Sequence record: NZ_CP012903.1
From: a plasmid
Strand: one strand, 5' to 3'
Length of the DNA stretch: 64,000 nt
The notes under the pieces were generated by a model. It was given only the letters and a program-made list of their open reading frames with translations, had not been told where the DNA came from and did not search any database. Below, one piece after another: positions 34,443 to 44,006 of this stretch; within the stretch, counting starts at the first letter, position 1; each line of letters begins with the position of its first letter. A program made the translations under genes and the position numbers.

Positions 34443-35695
34443 TCGACATTAATTCCTGCTACTGTGCCTGCGAGCAAGCATTCAGGCCCGATCTTGCTGG
34501 TAAACCCGTAGTAGTTTTGTCAAACAATGATGCCAGCTGCATAGCCCGTAACAAGCAGGCGAAAGCCCTTGGTATAAAAATGGGCGAGCCATTCTTTAAA
34601 ATCAAAGATCTCATAGAACGGAACAATGTCGCTGTTTTCAGTTCAAACTATGCCCTTTATTCCGCATTTAGTTCCCGGTTTGCATCTGTTATAGAGTCAC
34701 TGACTCCGCGTAGCTCAGTGTATTCAATCGATGAACTTTGGTTTGATGCCACGAATATCACTGGTTTAATGACTCTTGATGCCTATGGCCGCATGTTGCG
34801 AGAAGAGGTACAGCGTCAGACAACGCTTACTTGTGGTGTTGGGATAGCACCGACAAAAACACTCGCTAAATTGTGTTCTCATGCTTCAAAAACCTATCCG
34901 GCAACTGGCGGAGTTGTCGCGCTTGATGATGTTACCCGTTTAGAAAAGCTGATGCGGCTTGTGCCCGTTGAAGACGTGTGGGGTGTTGGCCCACGGCTGG
35001 GTAAAAGGCTTCGGTTTATGGGAGTGGAAACCGCGTTTCAACTATCCTGCCTTGATCCTGTTCGGGTACGAAAGCAGTATAATGTTGTCCTTGAGCGTAC
35101 CGTCAGGGAACTCCGAGGGGAGCCTTGCATGGCGCTTGAAGAAAATGATGTGATGAAACAGCAAATAGTCGTTTCCCGCTCCTTCGGTGAGCGAGTCACC
35201 AACCTTCATGAAATGCAGCAAGCCATAACCGATTATGCGGCTCGCGCTGCCGAAAAACTCCGGCAAGAAAAAGGGTATGTCTCTGTAATTGGTGTTTTTA
35301 TACGCACCAGCCCCTACGCAGTAAATGATGTACCTTATTCCAATCAGGCTACTGAAATGCTGGTGACTCCCTCCAACGACAGCAGGGATATTATTAATGC
35401 TGCACAACGCGCATTAAAACGGATCTGGAGGCCAGAAGTCCGTTATGCTAAAGCAGGTGTGATGCTTTGTGATATTCGCGAGCGTGAGCCTCAACTTGAT
35501 TTGTTCACTGAATCGGCCCAGTACCGCAACAGCGAAAATCTCATGCAATTACTGGATACTCTCAACAAGCAGGGTAGACACAATTTGTTTTTTGCCGGAC
35601 AAGGTATAAACCCCGTTTTCGCAATGAAGAGAAATATGCTATCCCCTGCATATTTGACTAGCTGGGATGATTTACCAAAGGTTAGGTTAGGATAA
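34430..35695 (+). CDS. mucB: UmuC/MucB-like Y-family DNA polymerase V catalytic subunit
   Basis: MYGLIDINSCYCACEQAFRPDLAGKPVVVLSNNDASCIARNKQAKALGIKMGEPFFKIK... closely parallels MucB; overlaps mucA by 13 nt. Confidence 0.9.
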   Translation: MYGLIDINSCYCACEQAFRPDLAGKPVVVLSNNDASCIARNKQAKALGIKMGEPFFKIKDLIERNNVAVFSSNYALYSAFSSRFASVIESLTPRSSVYSIDELWFDATNITGLMTLDAYGRMLREEVQRQTTLTCGVGIAPTKTLAKLCSHASKTYPATGGVVALDDVTRLEKLMRLVPVEDVWGVGPRLGKRLRFMGVETAFQLSCLDPVRVRKQYNVVLERTVRELRGEPCMALEENDVMKQQIVVSRSFGERVTNLHEMQQAITDYAARAAEKLRQEKGYVSVIGVFIRTSPYAVNDVPYSNQATEMLVTPSNDSRDIINAAQRALKRIWRPEVRYAKAGVMLCDIREREPQLDLFTESAQYRNSENLMQLLDTLNKQGRHNLFFAGQGINPVFAMKRNMLSPAYLTSWDDLPKVRLG

Positions 35696-35934
35696 GCCCA
35701 CTAACCATCAAAAAGACATAATTTTTCCTTGGTGTTTCACTTCGCCCCCCTCACTCGTCCGGCAGCGCAATTTGGTTCTCAAGGTTACGTGTTCAAAAAC
35801 AGCTATAAGATTATGGTCACGCGCTGTAAGCCATGCCAGAACAAAATAAATTGGATTTTTTCGTAATGAAAATATAGCGACGAACGTTGCAAAACAGTTT
35901 TATTGCTACAATTCCCCTTGTTGGCTAAAATACA

Positions 35935-35952
35935 TACTGTATAAACTGACAG
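35935..35952. promoter_or_regulatory. LexA box upstream of the tus-like gene
   Basis: TACTGTATAAACTGACAG (CTGT-N8-ACAG) 12 bp before the ATG. Confidence 0.6.
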
Positions 35953-35963
35953 GGGTATCCGCT

Positions 35964-36848
35964 ATGGATTTAAAAAAAACATTTGAACAGCTTACGGACG
36001 ATTTACTCGCCCTGAAAATGCTGATCAGCGGTAGCTCGCCTCTGTTTTCCCAAGTCTCCGACATTCCGCCCGTCCTGCGGGGGGATGAGCATTTACCCAT
36101 TTCGTATGTTGCCCCTGATCACCTGTACGGCCATGAGGCCATTCAGAAGGCGGTTGATATCTGGAGTGACCTGCACATCAAGCATGATTTTTCCCAGAAG
36201 TCTGCACGTCGTGCATCCGGTGTTCTGTGGTTTCCATCAGAAGATAATGCGTTTACGGTCGAGCTCGTTCGCCTGCTGAGCCAAATCAATGCCCTGAAAA
36301 AGAGTATTGAGACTCACATCATTACGACCTACCAGACACGTAGCGCACGATTTGAAGCCCTGCATAATCAATGTGCCGGGGTGCTGACTTTACATCTTTA
36401 CCGTCAGATCCGCTGGTGGAAGGATGAGCATATATCAGCCGTGAGATTTAGCTGGCAAGAAAAGGAGTCTTTGCTCATTCCTGACAAAGCTGAGTTACTC
36501 GTGCGTATGAGCAAGGAAGGTAGGGAGGATGGGAAAAAAGAGGTGCCGCTTGCGTTGCTGATGAAGCAGATCGTTTCCGTACCGGAAGAACGACTGCGTA
36601 TAAGGCGTCGTCTCAAGGTTCAGCCATCGGCAAACATCTCGTTCCGTAGCGAGCAACACCCGACTGGGAAGCTGACAATGGTCACGGCTCCGATGCCCTT
36701 CATTATTATTCAGAATGAACGGCCAGAGGTGAAAATGCTCAAAATCTATGATGCGAATGAGCGAATCAGCCGTAAGCGACGTAACGACAAAGTGCATACG
36801 GAAATCCTCGGTACGTTTCATGGCGAAAGTATCGAAGTGATTGCCTGA
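35964..36848 (+). CDS. Tus-family (replication terminus-binding protein) homolog, 294 aa
   Basis: Collinear similarity to E. coli Tus: RRASGVLWF/RLPGVLCY, VRLLSQINALKKSIETHIIT/VSHIQHINKLKTTFEHIVT, ARFEALH..LTLHLYR/ARFEWVH..ITLNAYR, RLKVQPSANI/PVKVQPIARV. Confidence 0.7.
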   Translation: MDLKKTFEQLTDDLLALKMLISGSSPLFSQVSDIPPVLRGDEHLPISYVAPDHLYGHEAIQKAVDIWSDLHIKHDFSQKSARRASGVLWFPSEDNAFTVELVRLLSQINALKKSIETHIITTYQTRSARFEALHNQCAGVLTLHLYRQIRWWKDEHISAVRFSWQEKESLLIPDKAELLVRMSKEGREDGKKEVPLALLMKQIVSVPEERLRIRRRLKVQPSANISFRSEQHPTGKLTMVTAPMPFIIIQNERPEVKMLKIYDANERISRKRRNDKVHTEILGTFHGESIEVIA

Positions 36849-36882
36849 TAAGGTTTTTCTGGACATTATCCTTTGGTAGTAT

Positions 36883-36902
36883 TACTGTATATGTATACAG
36901 TA
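36883..36902. promoter_or_regulatory. LexA box (perfect palindrome) upstream of the dinI-like gene
   Basis: TACTGTATATGTATACAGTA. Confidence 0.75.
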
Positions 36903-36918
36903 AATTACCGGGGGGTAT

Positions 36919-37152
36919 ATGTTACGTATAAATGTGTGTTTCGATGCCAGCAAGAAAGTGCCTGCTAAAATCCAGCAGGCATTACGAGCTGAGATAGAGA
37001 AAGAGATCTTGTCTAATTACGAACGTGGTGTGGTAAGCGTGGGGAAGGGAAGCAGTGCAGAAGTGTCGATCAGTGGCGTTGATGATGATGAAAAAAAAGT
37101 AATAATGCAGAAGCTTGAAGACATCTGGCAAAGTGACAGCTGGTTGCCTTGA
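36919..37152 (+). CDS. dinI: DinI-family SOS protein (77 aa)
   Basis: C-terminal ...KLEDIWQSDSWLP resembles DinI ...ETWESADDWF; gene is LexA-box preceded. Confidence 0.65.
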   Translation: MLRINVCFDASKKVPAKIQQALRAEIEKEILSNYERGVVSVGKGSSAEVSISGVDDDEKKVIMQKLEDIWQSDSWLP

Positions 37153-37166
37153 TCGTTTTATTTTTT

Positions 37167-37192
37167 GCATGTGAACTGGGCTTCTGGCCCAG
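37167..37192 (+). terminator. rho-independent terminator after dinI-like
   Basis: CTGGGCTTCTGGCCCAG hairpin followed by T9. Confidence 0.7.
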
Positions 37193-37338
37193 TTTTTTTT
37201 TGCCCTAAATCTGCACGATAGCTATTCGACCCTCATCCTGAGTGTGTGACCATATTGGACTTACAGATAGGGCTGGCGGTCACGCCCACCAGCGGAACCT
37301 CATCATTTATCACCATTTCATTAAGTAAAGGAGGTTAT

Positions 37339-37689
37339 ATGAAAAACGATTTCTCTCTCAACATGGGTAGTAAAATGGATGCCATTTTCAACCAGATGTT
37401 TTCAGCGCCAAACTCTTCTTTTCAAAACGCGCCTGCCGCTGGTGGCACGAATGCACGACGCAAAAAAAAGGACATTATCCGCCTGACTGTTCGCTCCAAA
37501 ACCGGAGGAACCAACCTTGTTACCATAGCCAAAGATACGCCAGTATTCACGCCCAAACAGGTTAGTGATCTGGCTATTGGCGAACATGGCCATCTCGACA
37601 TTTTCATCATCGACTATGGTACTCATCGCACCTTAAATACGAAAAACATCCAGCATGAATCCCCGCTTGAACGGGAAATAATTCAATAA
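37339..37689 (+). CDS. hypothetical protein (116 aa) with a GGAGG RBS
   Basis: AAGGAGGTTATATG start; the listed 147-aa ORF has an unsupported upstream extension. Confidence 0.5.
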   Translation: MKNDFSLNMGSKMDAIFNQMFSAPNSSFQNAPAAGGTNARRKKKDIIRLTVRSKTGGTNLVTIAKDTPVFTPKQVSDLAIGEHGHLDIFIIDYGTHRTLNTKNIQHESPLEREIIQ

Positions 37690-37719
37690 AACTGCTTGAT
37701 GTAATTGATATTTTCTAAG

Positions 37720-37742
37720 CTGCCTTTGGGCAGTTTTTTTTT
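37720..37742 (+). terminator. rho-independent terminator
   Basis: CTGCCTTTGGGCAG hairpin followed by T9. Confidence 0.7.
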
Positions 37743-37795
37743 CAATTTTTTCTCTGCTTTGCTATTCGACCCCCTGATCAGGTGTGCCAATCTAA

Positions 37796-38158
37796 TTGAA
37801 AGACAATCAACACATGAGACAGAAAATGACAGGGACTAATGATTCTAACTATCAGCCAGATGAGCTAAAGGCTATTGCATCGTTTGACGCACTTGGCATC
37901 TTTGCGACGCTAAACAAACTGACTGCATTAAGTAACGTCGCACAAGCTCGCCTCGCGGAGTGTTTCGCACAAAACGACTCTATTCCTAGTGGATTCACTG
38001 CCCTCGATTTTCTTACTCCAGAAGAGCGGGAAGAACATCACATCCTGCGCCTGTCTCTTGCGATCTGCGTCGATGAACAGAGTGAAGCAAAAAAGCGCGT
38101 GAATGCGCGTCTGAAAGCCCGACATGAGGAATATAAGGCGAAACGGGGTGCCGTATAG
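37796..38158 (+). CDS. hypothetical protein (about 115-120 aa)
   Basis: ORF follows the second paralogous intergenic module; start may instead be the ATG at 37814. Confidence 0.45.
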   Translation: MKDNQHMRQKMTGTNDSNYQPDELKAIASFDALGIFATLNKLTALSNVAQARLAECFAQNDSIPSGFTALDFLTPEEREEHHILRLSLAICVDEQSEAKKRVNARLKARHEEYKAKRGAV

Positions 38159-38234
38159 AGAAAGCATCTTCTATCAGCAAGGAACGTCAGAAAAGGACTG
38201 AAACAGTGAAGTATCAGAAGAGGGGGGTATCCCT

Positions 38235-38498
38235 GTGAAAATAGGACAGCGACAACAATCAATTCTTTCCGCTATCTATAAGAATGGTGGGAAATTCTGG
38301 CCCAGTTGTGGAATTGTCTGGCTAAATTTCAGCACGACGAGAACTATTTTAGATTCTCTCGTAAAAAAACGACTCCTGACCGATAAAGGGAATTGTCGAT
38401 ACACCATAACGGAGAAAGGCAAAGAGCTCGGTGATCCTGACCGTTATTTCAAAGAACTTTTAAACAAACAGTTAAAGTCACGCAAGAGAAGCTCTTGA
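38235..38498 (+). CDS. small winged-helix-like DNA-binding protein (87 aa)
   Basis: MKIGQRQQSILSAIYKNGGKF...RLLTDKGNCRYTITEKGKELG pattern suggests a wHTH. Confidence 0.4.
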   Translation: MKIGQRQQSILSAIYKNGGKFWPSCGIVWLNFSTTRTILDSLVKKRLLTDKGNCRYTITEKGKELGDPDRYFKELLNKQLKSRKRSS

Positions 38499-38530
38499 GC
38501 AGACTTTGAAACCGTAATGATGGAGACAGA

Positions 38531-38719
38531 TTGATGATGAAAAGCATTATGCCCTCTCGCTCGGTAACGTCATTGTTGGCTCGTGAAGTATCTCTTCTCG
38601 GGGAAAAAATGGGTGAGGCGATGGCGCAATGTCGGAACAGCAAAGAAGAGGCTGCTCTTGAAGATGCGCTGCAAAATTTGGCCCGTGTTAAATCCACACT
38701 GGACAAAGCCGTTAATTAA
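38531..38719 (+). CDS. hypothetical small protein (62 aa)
   Basis: ORF only. Confidence 0.3.
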   Translation: MMMKSIMPSRSVTSLLAREVSLLGEKMGEAMAQCRNSKEEAALEDALQNLARVKSTLDKAVN

Positions 38720-38755
38720 CGGCTTTACCTCATATTATTTTAAAGGATAGGTATC

Positions 38756-39223
38756 GTGGAAAAGTTTCTGGAGTACGTAGGCGTCATGGAGCACCACTAC
38801 GGAAGTGCTGTAGCTGCGCAGTTTATCAGTGCCAATGCTGCCATTATTGCTGCTGATGATTCTGATGATGATTCCGAGTCATATTCGACCCGTGTTGAAG
38901 AGATCACATCCCTATTGGATGCGGTCAATAAAGCTGGTGGTGTACCTGATCACAGGCTTGTTGTTGAGCGTGTTAGCCCGAACTCTACCCGCGTTATTTT
39001 GAATGGCCCTCATGGTATGGTCTGGCGTTGCTATGTATTTCAGGACGATTTTATGTTCTGCTTTACTCGGGGTTTGAGGGCCAATGATGCAAAAAACCAC
39101 GCTAACAGCGTTAGTTCATTGTTTATATTGAAATTGATAGGTACTGCGTTTACAGCCACTTCAGTCGTCATGGTGGGGCTGAGGGACGGGTCCGCTTGGA
39201 AAAAGGAAATTATCCTACGTTAA
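38756..39223 (+). CDS. hypothetical protein (155 aa) with an acidic N-terminal region
   Basis: ORF with an RBS-like AGGATAGG upstream. Confidence 0.45.
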   Translation: MEKFLEYVGVMEHHYGSAVAAQFISANAAIIAADDSDDDSESYSTRVEEITSLLDAVNKAGGVPDHRLVVERVSPNSTRVILNGPHGMVWRCYVFQDDFMFCFTRGLRANDAKNHANSVSSLFILKLIGTAFTATSVVMVGLRDGSAWKKEIILR

Positions 39224-39231
39224 GCGTTTTA

Positions 39232-39269
39232 AGCTAACGGGTGATTTCGTTCCATTGAGCGCGAACCCC
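39232..39269. repeat. orphan Tn3-subfamily 38-bp terminal IR (element body would lie to the left)
   Basis: ...GATTTCGTTCCATTGAGCGCGAACCCC resembles the Tn3 IR ...GTTTTCGTTCCACTGAGCGTCAGACCCC. Confidence 0.5.
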
Positions 39270-39334
39270 TGACCGTAAGGGATGTACGAAATGATCCGGC
39301 TGTCCGTTAATGGTTTTGCTTACTTTCGGACATG

Positions 39335-39816
<482 letters not shown>

Positions 39817-40191
39817 CTAAGCGTATGGGGATTAACTTATTTAAAATTAAGCGCACATTTTTGGGGGAGTCGAGAAAGCTATTTTGGTCTCGTGATCGCC
39901 GGGATTTTCTTTCTAATTATGCACTGTCGCTATTGCGCAAAAAATGTCGTTATCAAAAATGATGGGCTTGCACCCATGAGAGAATTGATTAATATCGGGG
40001 TCAGTTTGGATATGGGGTTTCTCGCCCATTTCATCCAAAAGTCTAAAGTTTGCTCGAACCTCTGTGATATCAGGATTTTAAGGGAGAAGTGGTTTATTAT
40101 AAGTAATTTATTTTGCTGCTTTCATGGATTTTGATACTTTCGAGATCGTATGCCTTGAACAACCTATCAGGTTTTCTATCTGACTATAACT

Positions 40192-40740
40192 TTACCCCTC
40201 CATCAACAAGCATTCAATTTTTTGGTGTAATATTTTATTGATCGGGCGACCTTTGTATTTTCCTTCTTGTTTGGCTTTTTGCACTCCTTGGGCTTGGCGG
40301 CGACGTCTATCTTCGTAATCCTTTCTCGCAACCGCTGCCAGCATGTCTAACATCATACTGTTAAAGGCGGCAAGCATTCGTTCCGTAAACTCATCGGTGC
40401 GATTCATAAATTGATAGCTGGTTGGGAGATCTAAAGAAACAACCTTCAACCCTTTATGTCCAATGAGATATTTTAATTTTTCCCAGTCATCCGTATTCAA
40501 GCGGCTAATTCTATCCACCTGTTCAACTTAAATAATATCACCTGGCATGGCCACATTGAGTAAGCGAAAGAGTTCAGGTCTGTGAAGTTGGGCGCCCGAT
40601 TCATTCTCTTCAAACCAGCAGGCAATCTGTAGTCCCATTCCCTCGACAAATTTCAATAGTTCATTTTTTGCTCTTGATGCATCCTGTTCATGGGTTGATG
40701 CGCGAAGATATCCTTTAATGGCGTAATGCCGTCTTTATTG
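40192..40740 (-). pseudogene. serine recombinase paralog inactivated by a TTA-to-TAA nonsense codon and lacking an ATG start
   Basis: Translation ...YLRASTHEQDASRAKNELLKFVEGMGLQIACWFEENESGAQLHRPELFRLLNVAMPGDII*VEQVDRISRLNTDDW... is collinear with the intact resolvase at 41598-42230 (PGDILLVEQIDRLTR). Confidence 0.6.
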
Positions 40741-40994
40741 AGGATGAGGTTGTTCTGTGTTTCTAATAGCTGGCGTTGATTGAGTTCAGACTCTAACCGT
40801 TGGCGTTGTTCGAATTGAATAGCATCACGATTTGAGAGCGTCAGAATATTGGCTGCCTTGCTCGCATGAGCAGCAAATAAAGTTGCAAGTATGAACACGA
40901 AACAGATAGATTTGATTGACATAAAATTACGAATAGTTTTCATTTTCAACGTTATAATTGACCGTAATTTACAGTTTGGGTTGAGATATCTCAA
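40653..40994 (-). CDS. small secreted protein with a signal peptide
   Basis: MSIKSICFVFILATLFAAHASKA signal-like N-terminus; its 3' end overlaps the recombinase pseudogene. Confidence 0.35.
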   Translation of the reverse strand: MRYLNPNCKLRSIITLKMKTIRNFMSIKSICFVFILATLFAAHASKAANILTLSNRDAIQFEQRQRLESELNQRQLLETQNNLILNKDGITPLKDIFAHQPMNRMHQEQKMNY

Positions 40995-41295
40995 TCATTC
41001 GTTTATTAATGAAACTATTTAGATCAATTTATGCCAGTGAATCAGCAGTTTTTAGTGATTAAATGTTTGGATAAGTAATTTGGTTATTTTTATTTCTGTT
41101 TTTTGTGGGTAAAATGAAATAAAAAAATAACTTATCTTGTATTAGTGATTTATTTGTCTTTATATTTCATTGCATGTGATTTTATTCAAAATAGTGACAT
41201 TAACGTTAAGTCTGATGGGGGATAAAAGTAGATGTAATATTATATTTTGTGACAGGTAATCGTGATATACCTCATTTCTCAATAACACATTAATT

Positions 41296-41568
41296 CTATT
41301 TGGTTTTTAAAGACCAGCTGCTTCCACCATAAAGTGTAGAACCAATGACTTCTTCCCATATATTGTGTTCGATGAGTAAGTATTTAATCGACTGGAATTC
41401 GATATGCGTTAAAACGCCTTCTTCTTCCCCATTTTGTGATAGTAAAAGATAACCTTCAGGTATGCGAACCGAGGATTGAAAGGCGGCCTTTGCAAATAAA
41501 CGATAAAATGTGGTGATTGTATATCCTCGACGTAATAGTCCGAGGAGTTGTTCTGTTGGTATCGCCAT
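41296..41568 (-). CDS. hypothetical protein (90 aa) directly downstream of the resolvase
   Basis: ORF only. Confidence 0.35.
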   Translation of the reverse strand: MAIPTEQLLGLLRRGYTITTFYRLFAKAAFQSSVRIPEGYLLLSQNGEEEGVLTHIEFQSIKYLLIEHNIWEEVIGSTLYGGSSWSLKTK

Positions 41569-41597
41569 ACGTTTTTCCTCTCTAAATAGAATGCTGA

Positions 41598-42230
41598 TTA
41601 TTTTTGTTGATAACGTAGTTGAATTCGACAGACTTGTGAACGACTATAGCCAGTAGCCTCAGCGGTTTCTCGAATACTGAGTCCTTTGGTTTTTCGGTAA
41701 TAAATCACTTTCTCATGACGCTCTTTATCCGCCTGCTTTCCTTTGTATTTACCTAAAGTCTGAGCGCGCTCGATACCTTGTTTTTGTCGTTCGCGGCGAC
41801 TGATCCAATCTTTGTGTGACATTGCTGCCATCAAATCAATCAACATGGTATTAATAGCAGAAAGTACAGCTTGAGTGATAGGGTCATTCTGTGTGGGATC
41901 TTGGTTATTTAAGGCTTGCCAAGATGTTGGTATATCGAGACTGACAATCCGTAACTCATGTTGCTCTATTTGTTTTTTTAATTTTAGCCAATCGGTATTG
42001 TTTAATCGAGTGAGCCTATCAATTTGTTCAACTAATAAAATATCACCTTGTTGACTATCACTGAGTAAACGCGAAAGTTCAGGGCGTTCTAATTTTGTGC
42101 CACTAATATGCTCGCGATAATAATTCGCAATTCGTCCTCCTCGTTCTTCAACAAAATCATTTAGCATATTTTTTGCTCTATCTGCATATTGATCTTCAGA
42201 AGAGGCTCTGAGGTAAGCTCGTATGAACAT
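41598..42230 (-). CDS. tnpR: serine recombinase/resolvase (210 aa) of the Tn3-family element
   Basis: MFIRAYLRASSEDQ... with the catalytic Ser region and a C-terminal HTH (GLSIRETAEATGYSRSQVCRIQ). Confidence 0.85.
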   Translation of the reverse strand: MFIRAYLRASSEDQYADRAKNMLNDFVEERGGRIANYYREHISGTKLERPELSRLLSDSQQGDILLVEQIDRLTRLNNTDWLKLKKQIEQHELRIVSLDIPTSWQALNNQDPTQNDPITQAVLSAINTMLIDLMAAMSHKDWISRRERQKQGIERAQTLGKYKGKQADKERHEKVIYYRKTKGLSIRETAEATGYSRSQVCRIQLRYQQK

Positions 42231-42424
42231 TTTTTCACCAATCTATCGCATTTAAATTATCTCATTAAAAGTATCGCATATAGATTATTGCATTGATAGT
42301 GATTTGATGCATTTTAGGTTCTCGCTTTGGGGTATACCCTAATGCTATAAGTCTAATTGACTTGATTTTATCAAATAGGCTAACTAAAATTATTGTGTTA
42401 ATAATTAACACAAAAGGTGGTGCT
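42231..42424. promoter_or_regulatory. putative res/promoter region between divergent tnpR and parD
   Basis: AT-rich segment with repeated ATCGCAT / TTGCATTGATAG motifs. Confidence 0.35.
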
Positions 42425-42667
42425 ATGGCTCGTACAACAAGTGTAACAATCGGGGCTCAATTGGATGAGTTTGTCAATCAACTCATTTCGTCAGGAAGAT
42501 ATGGCTCAACAAGTGAAGTCGTTCGCTCTGCTCTACGTTTACTTGAGGTCCAAGAAAAGCAAACAGCAGCATTGAAGATGTTAATTGATGCAGGTGAGCA
42601 AAGTGGTGAGTCGTCGTTAACACTCCAAGATATCGCTAAGAAAGTGAAGAACGCTCATAATGTATAA
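42425..42667 (+). CDS. parD: ParD-family antitoxin (ribbon-helix-helix, 80 aa)
   Basis: MARTTSVTIGAQLDEFVNQLISSGRYGSTSEVVRSALRLLE... Confidence 0.8.
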   Translation: MARTTSVTIGAQLDEFVNQLISSGRYGSTSEVVRSALRLLEVQEKQTAALKMLIDAGEQSGESSLTLQDIAKKVKNAHNV

Positions 42668-42953
42668 ACTTTCTAATTTAGCGGCTAAAGACTTTGAAGG
42701 GATATTCGAGTATACCCTCGTGAATTTTGGTATTAGGAAAGCAGATGAATACACTAAAAACTTACACGATGTATTAGAAGTGATTAGCCCTAATCCATTG
42801 ATAGGAATCGAGTGTACAGAAATTGCAGTTGGGGTTAGGCGTCATAACCACTCTAAGCATGCAATTTTTTACCGATATAGAACCGATGATATTTTTGTTA
42901 TCCGAATTCTTCATCAACAAATGGAGCCACTAAAACACTTTTATTTTGAGTAG
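42660..42953 (+). CDS. parE: ParE/RelE-family toxin (97 aa)
   Basis: 8-nt overlap with parD; ...EIAVGVRRHNHSKHAIFYRYRTDDIFVIRILHQQMEPLKHF. Confidence 0.8.
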   Translation: MYKLSNLAAKDFEGIFEYTLVNFGIRKADEYTKNLHDVLEVISPNPLIGIECTEIAVGVRRHNHSKHAIFYRYRTDDIFVIRILHQQMEPLKHFYFE

Positions 42954-43091
42954 TTTGAAAAGTAAGTAGACAAATATTTTAATAGCATTATTTTCATGCT
43001 GAAGATTAAAGTACCCTCTTTAGTTTTATCAGAAAGATAACCTAAAAAAGGTACTTATATGAATATTTAGCTATTATTTATTAATACAGCA

Positions 43092-43397
43092 TTACATTTT
43101 ATCATCTTTAGCCATGCTATCTTTAGCCATGCTATCTTTAGCCATGCTATCTTTAGCCATGCTATCTTTAGCCATGCTATCTTTAGCCATGCTATCTTTA
43201 GCCATGCTATCTTTAGCCATGCTATCTTTAGCCATGCTATCTTTAGCCATGCTATCTTTAGCCATGCTGTCTTTAGCCATGCTGTCTTTAGCCATGCTAT
43301 CTTTAGCCATGCTGTCTTTAGCCATGCTGTCTGCATAAGAAGCTGCAGCTGTCATACATAACGCACTAGTTAAGATTACCAATATTAATTTTTTCAT
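43092..43397 (-). CDS. secreted repeat protein: signal peptide plus (DSMAK)x14
   Basis: [22 protein letters not shown] then [10 protein letters not shown]...DDKM; the other two frames of the repeat give AWLKI/AMLSL runs and are rejected. Confidence 0.55.
   Translation of the reverse strand: MKKLILVILTSALCMTAAASYADSMAKDSMAKDSMAKDSMAKDSMAKDSMAKDSMAKDSMAKDSMAKDSMAKDSMAKDSMAKDSMAKDSMAKDSMAKDDKM
43111..43335. repeat. tandem array of about 15 copies of a 15-bp unit GCCATGCT(A/G)TCTTTA
   Basis: Direct reading; units are contiguous and in phase with the minus-strand coding frame. Confidence 0.9.
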
Positions 43398-43539
43398 AAC
43401 AAATTTACTCTCTATCAGTTTATTTATATTAATACTACCATTATAACTATGGGTTATTGATTAAAAAATGATTACAAATTTGTCATAAAGCGAGGAGTAA
43501 GAAATATGGGCTTGTTGCAAATAATAAATTTGCGCATTT

Positions 43540-43778
43540 TTCACTCAGCGCTAAGAAAGTGAAGAACGCTCATAATGTATAAACTTTCCAATTTAGCGGC
43601 TAAAGACTTTGAAGGGATATTCGAGTATACAGAAATTGCAGTTGGGGTTAGGCGTCATAACCACTCTAAGCATGCAATTTTTTACCGATATAGAACCGAT
43701 GATATTTTTGTTATCCGAATTCTTCATCAACAAATGGAGCCACTAAAACACTTTTATTTTGATGAGATTGACCTGTAA
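43540..43778 (+). pseudogene. partial direct duplicate of the parD 3' end plus parE with a 90-bp internal deletion
   Basis: GCTAAGAAAGTGAAGAACGCTCATAATGTATAAACTTTC... repeats 42630-42700; the 67-aa ORF is ParE missing LVNFGIRKADEYTKNLHDVLEVISPNPLIGIEC. Confidence 0.6.
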
Positions 43779-44006
43779 ACTCGAAAACTTCAGTTAACTC
43801 ATTTTTTATAAATCCCTTCTCATTAACTAGCTTAGTTTCTTTAAACTTATCGTGCGGAACTGGTTCTCTATAAGTCGATTTTTATAAGAAATGCGTACCA
43901 TATTGCTTGGTGCAGATAAGGTAGACTTAAATTGCACTTTTATATCGATTACGCGCGCGTCCATTATATGATGTTGTTTATTTTTAGAGGATAGAACATA
44001 ACCACA

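Noticed and set aside
43111-43335. Regular 15-bp repeat array considered as a possible CRISPR locus
   Set aside because: Units are contiguous with no spacers, far shorter than CRISPR repeats, and stay in phase with a signal-peptide ORF, so it is a coding tandem repeat; the AWLKIAWLK and AMLSLAML ORFs are the other frames of the same array.
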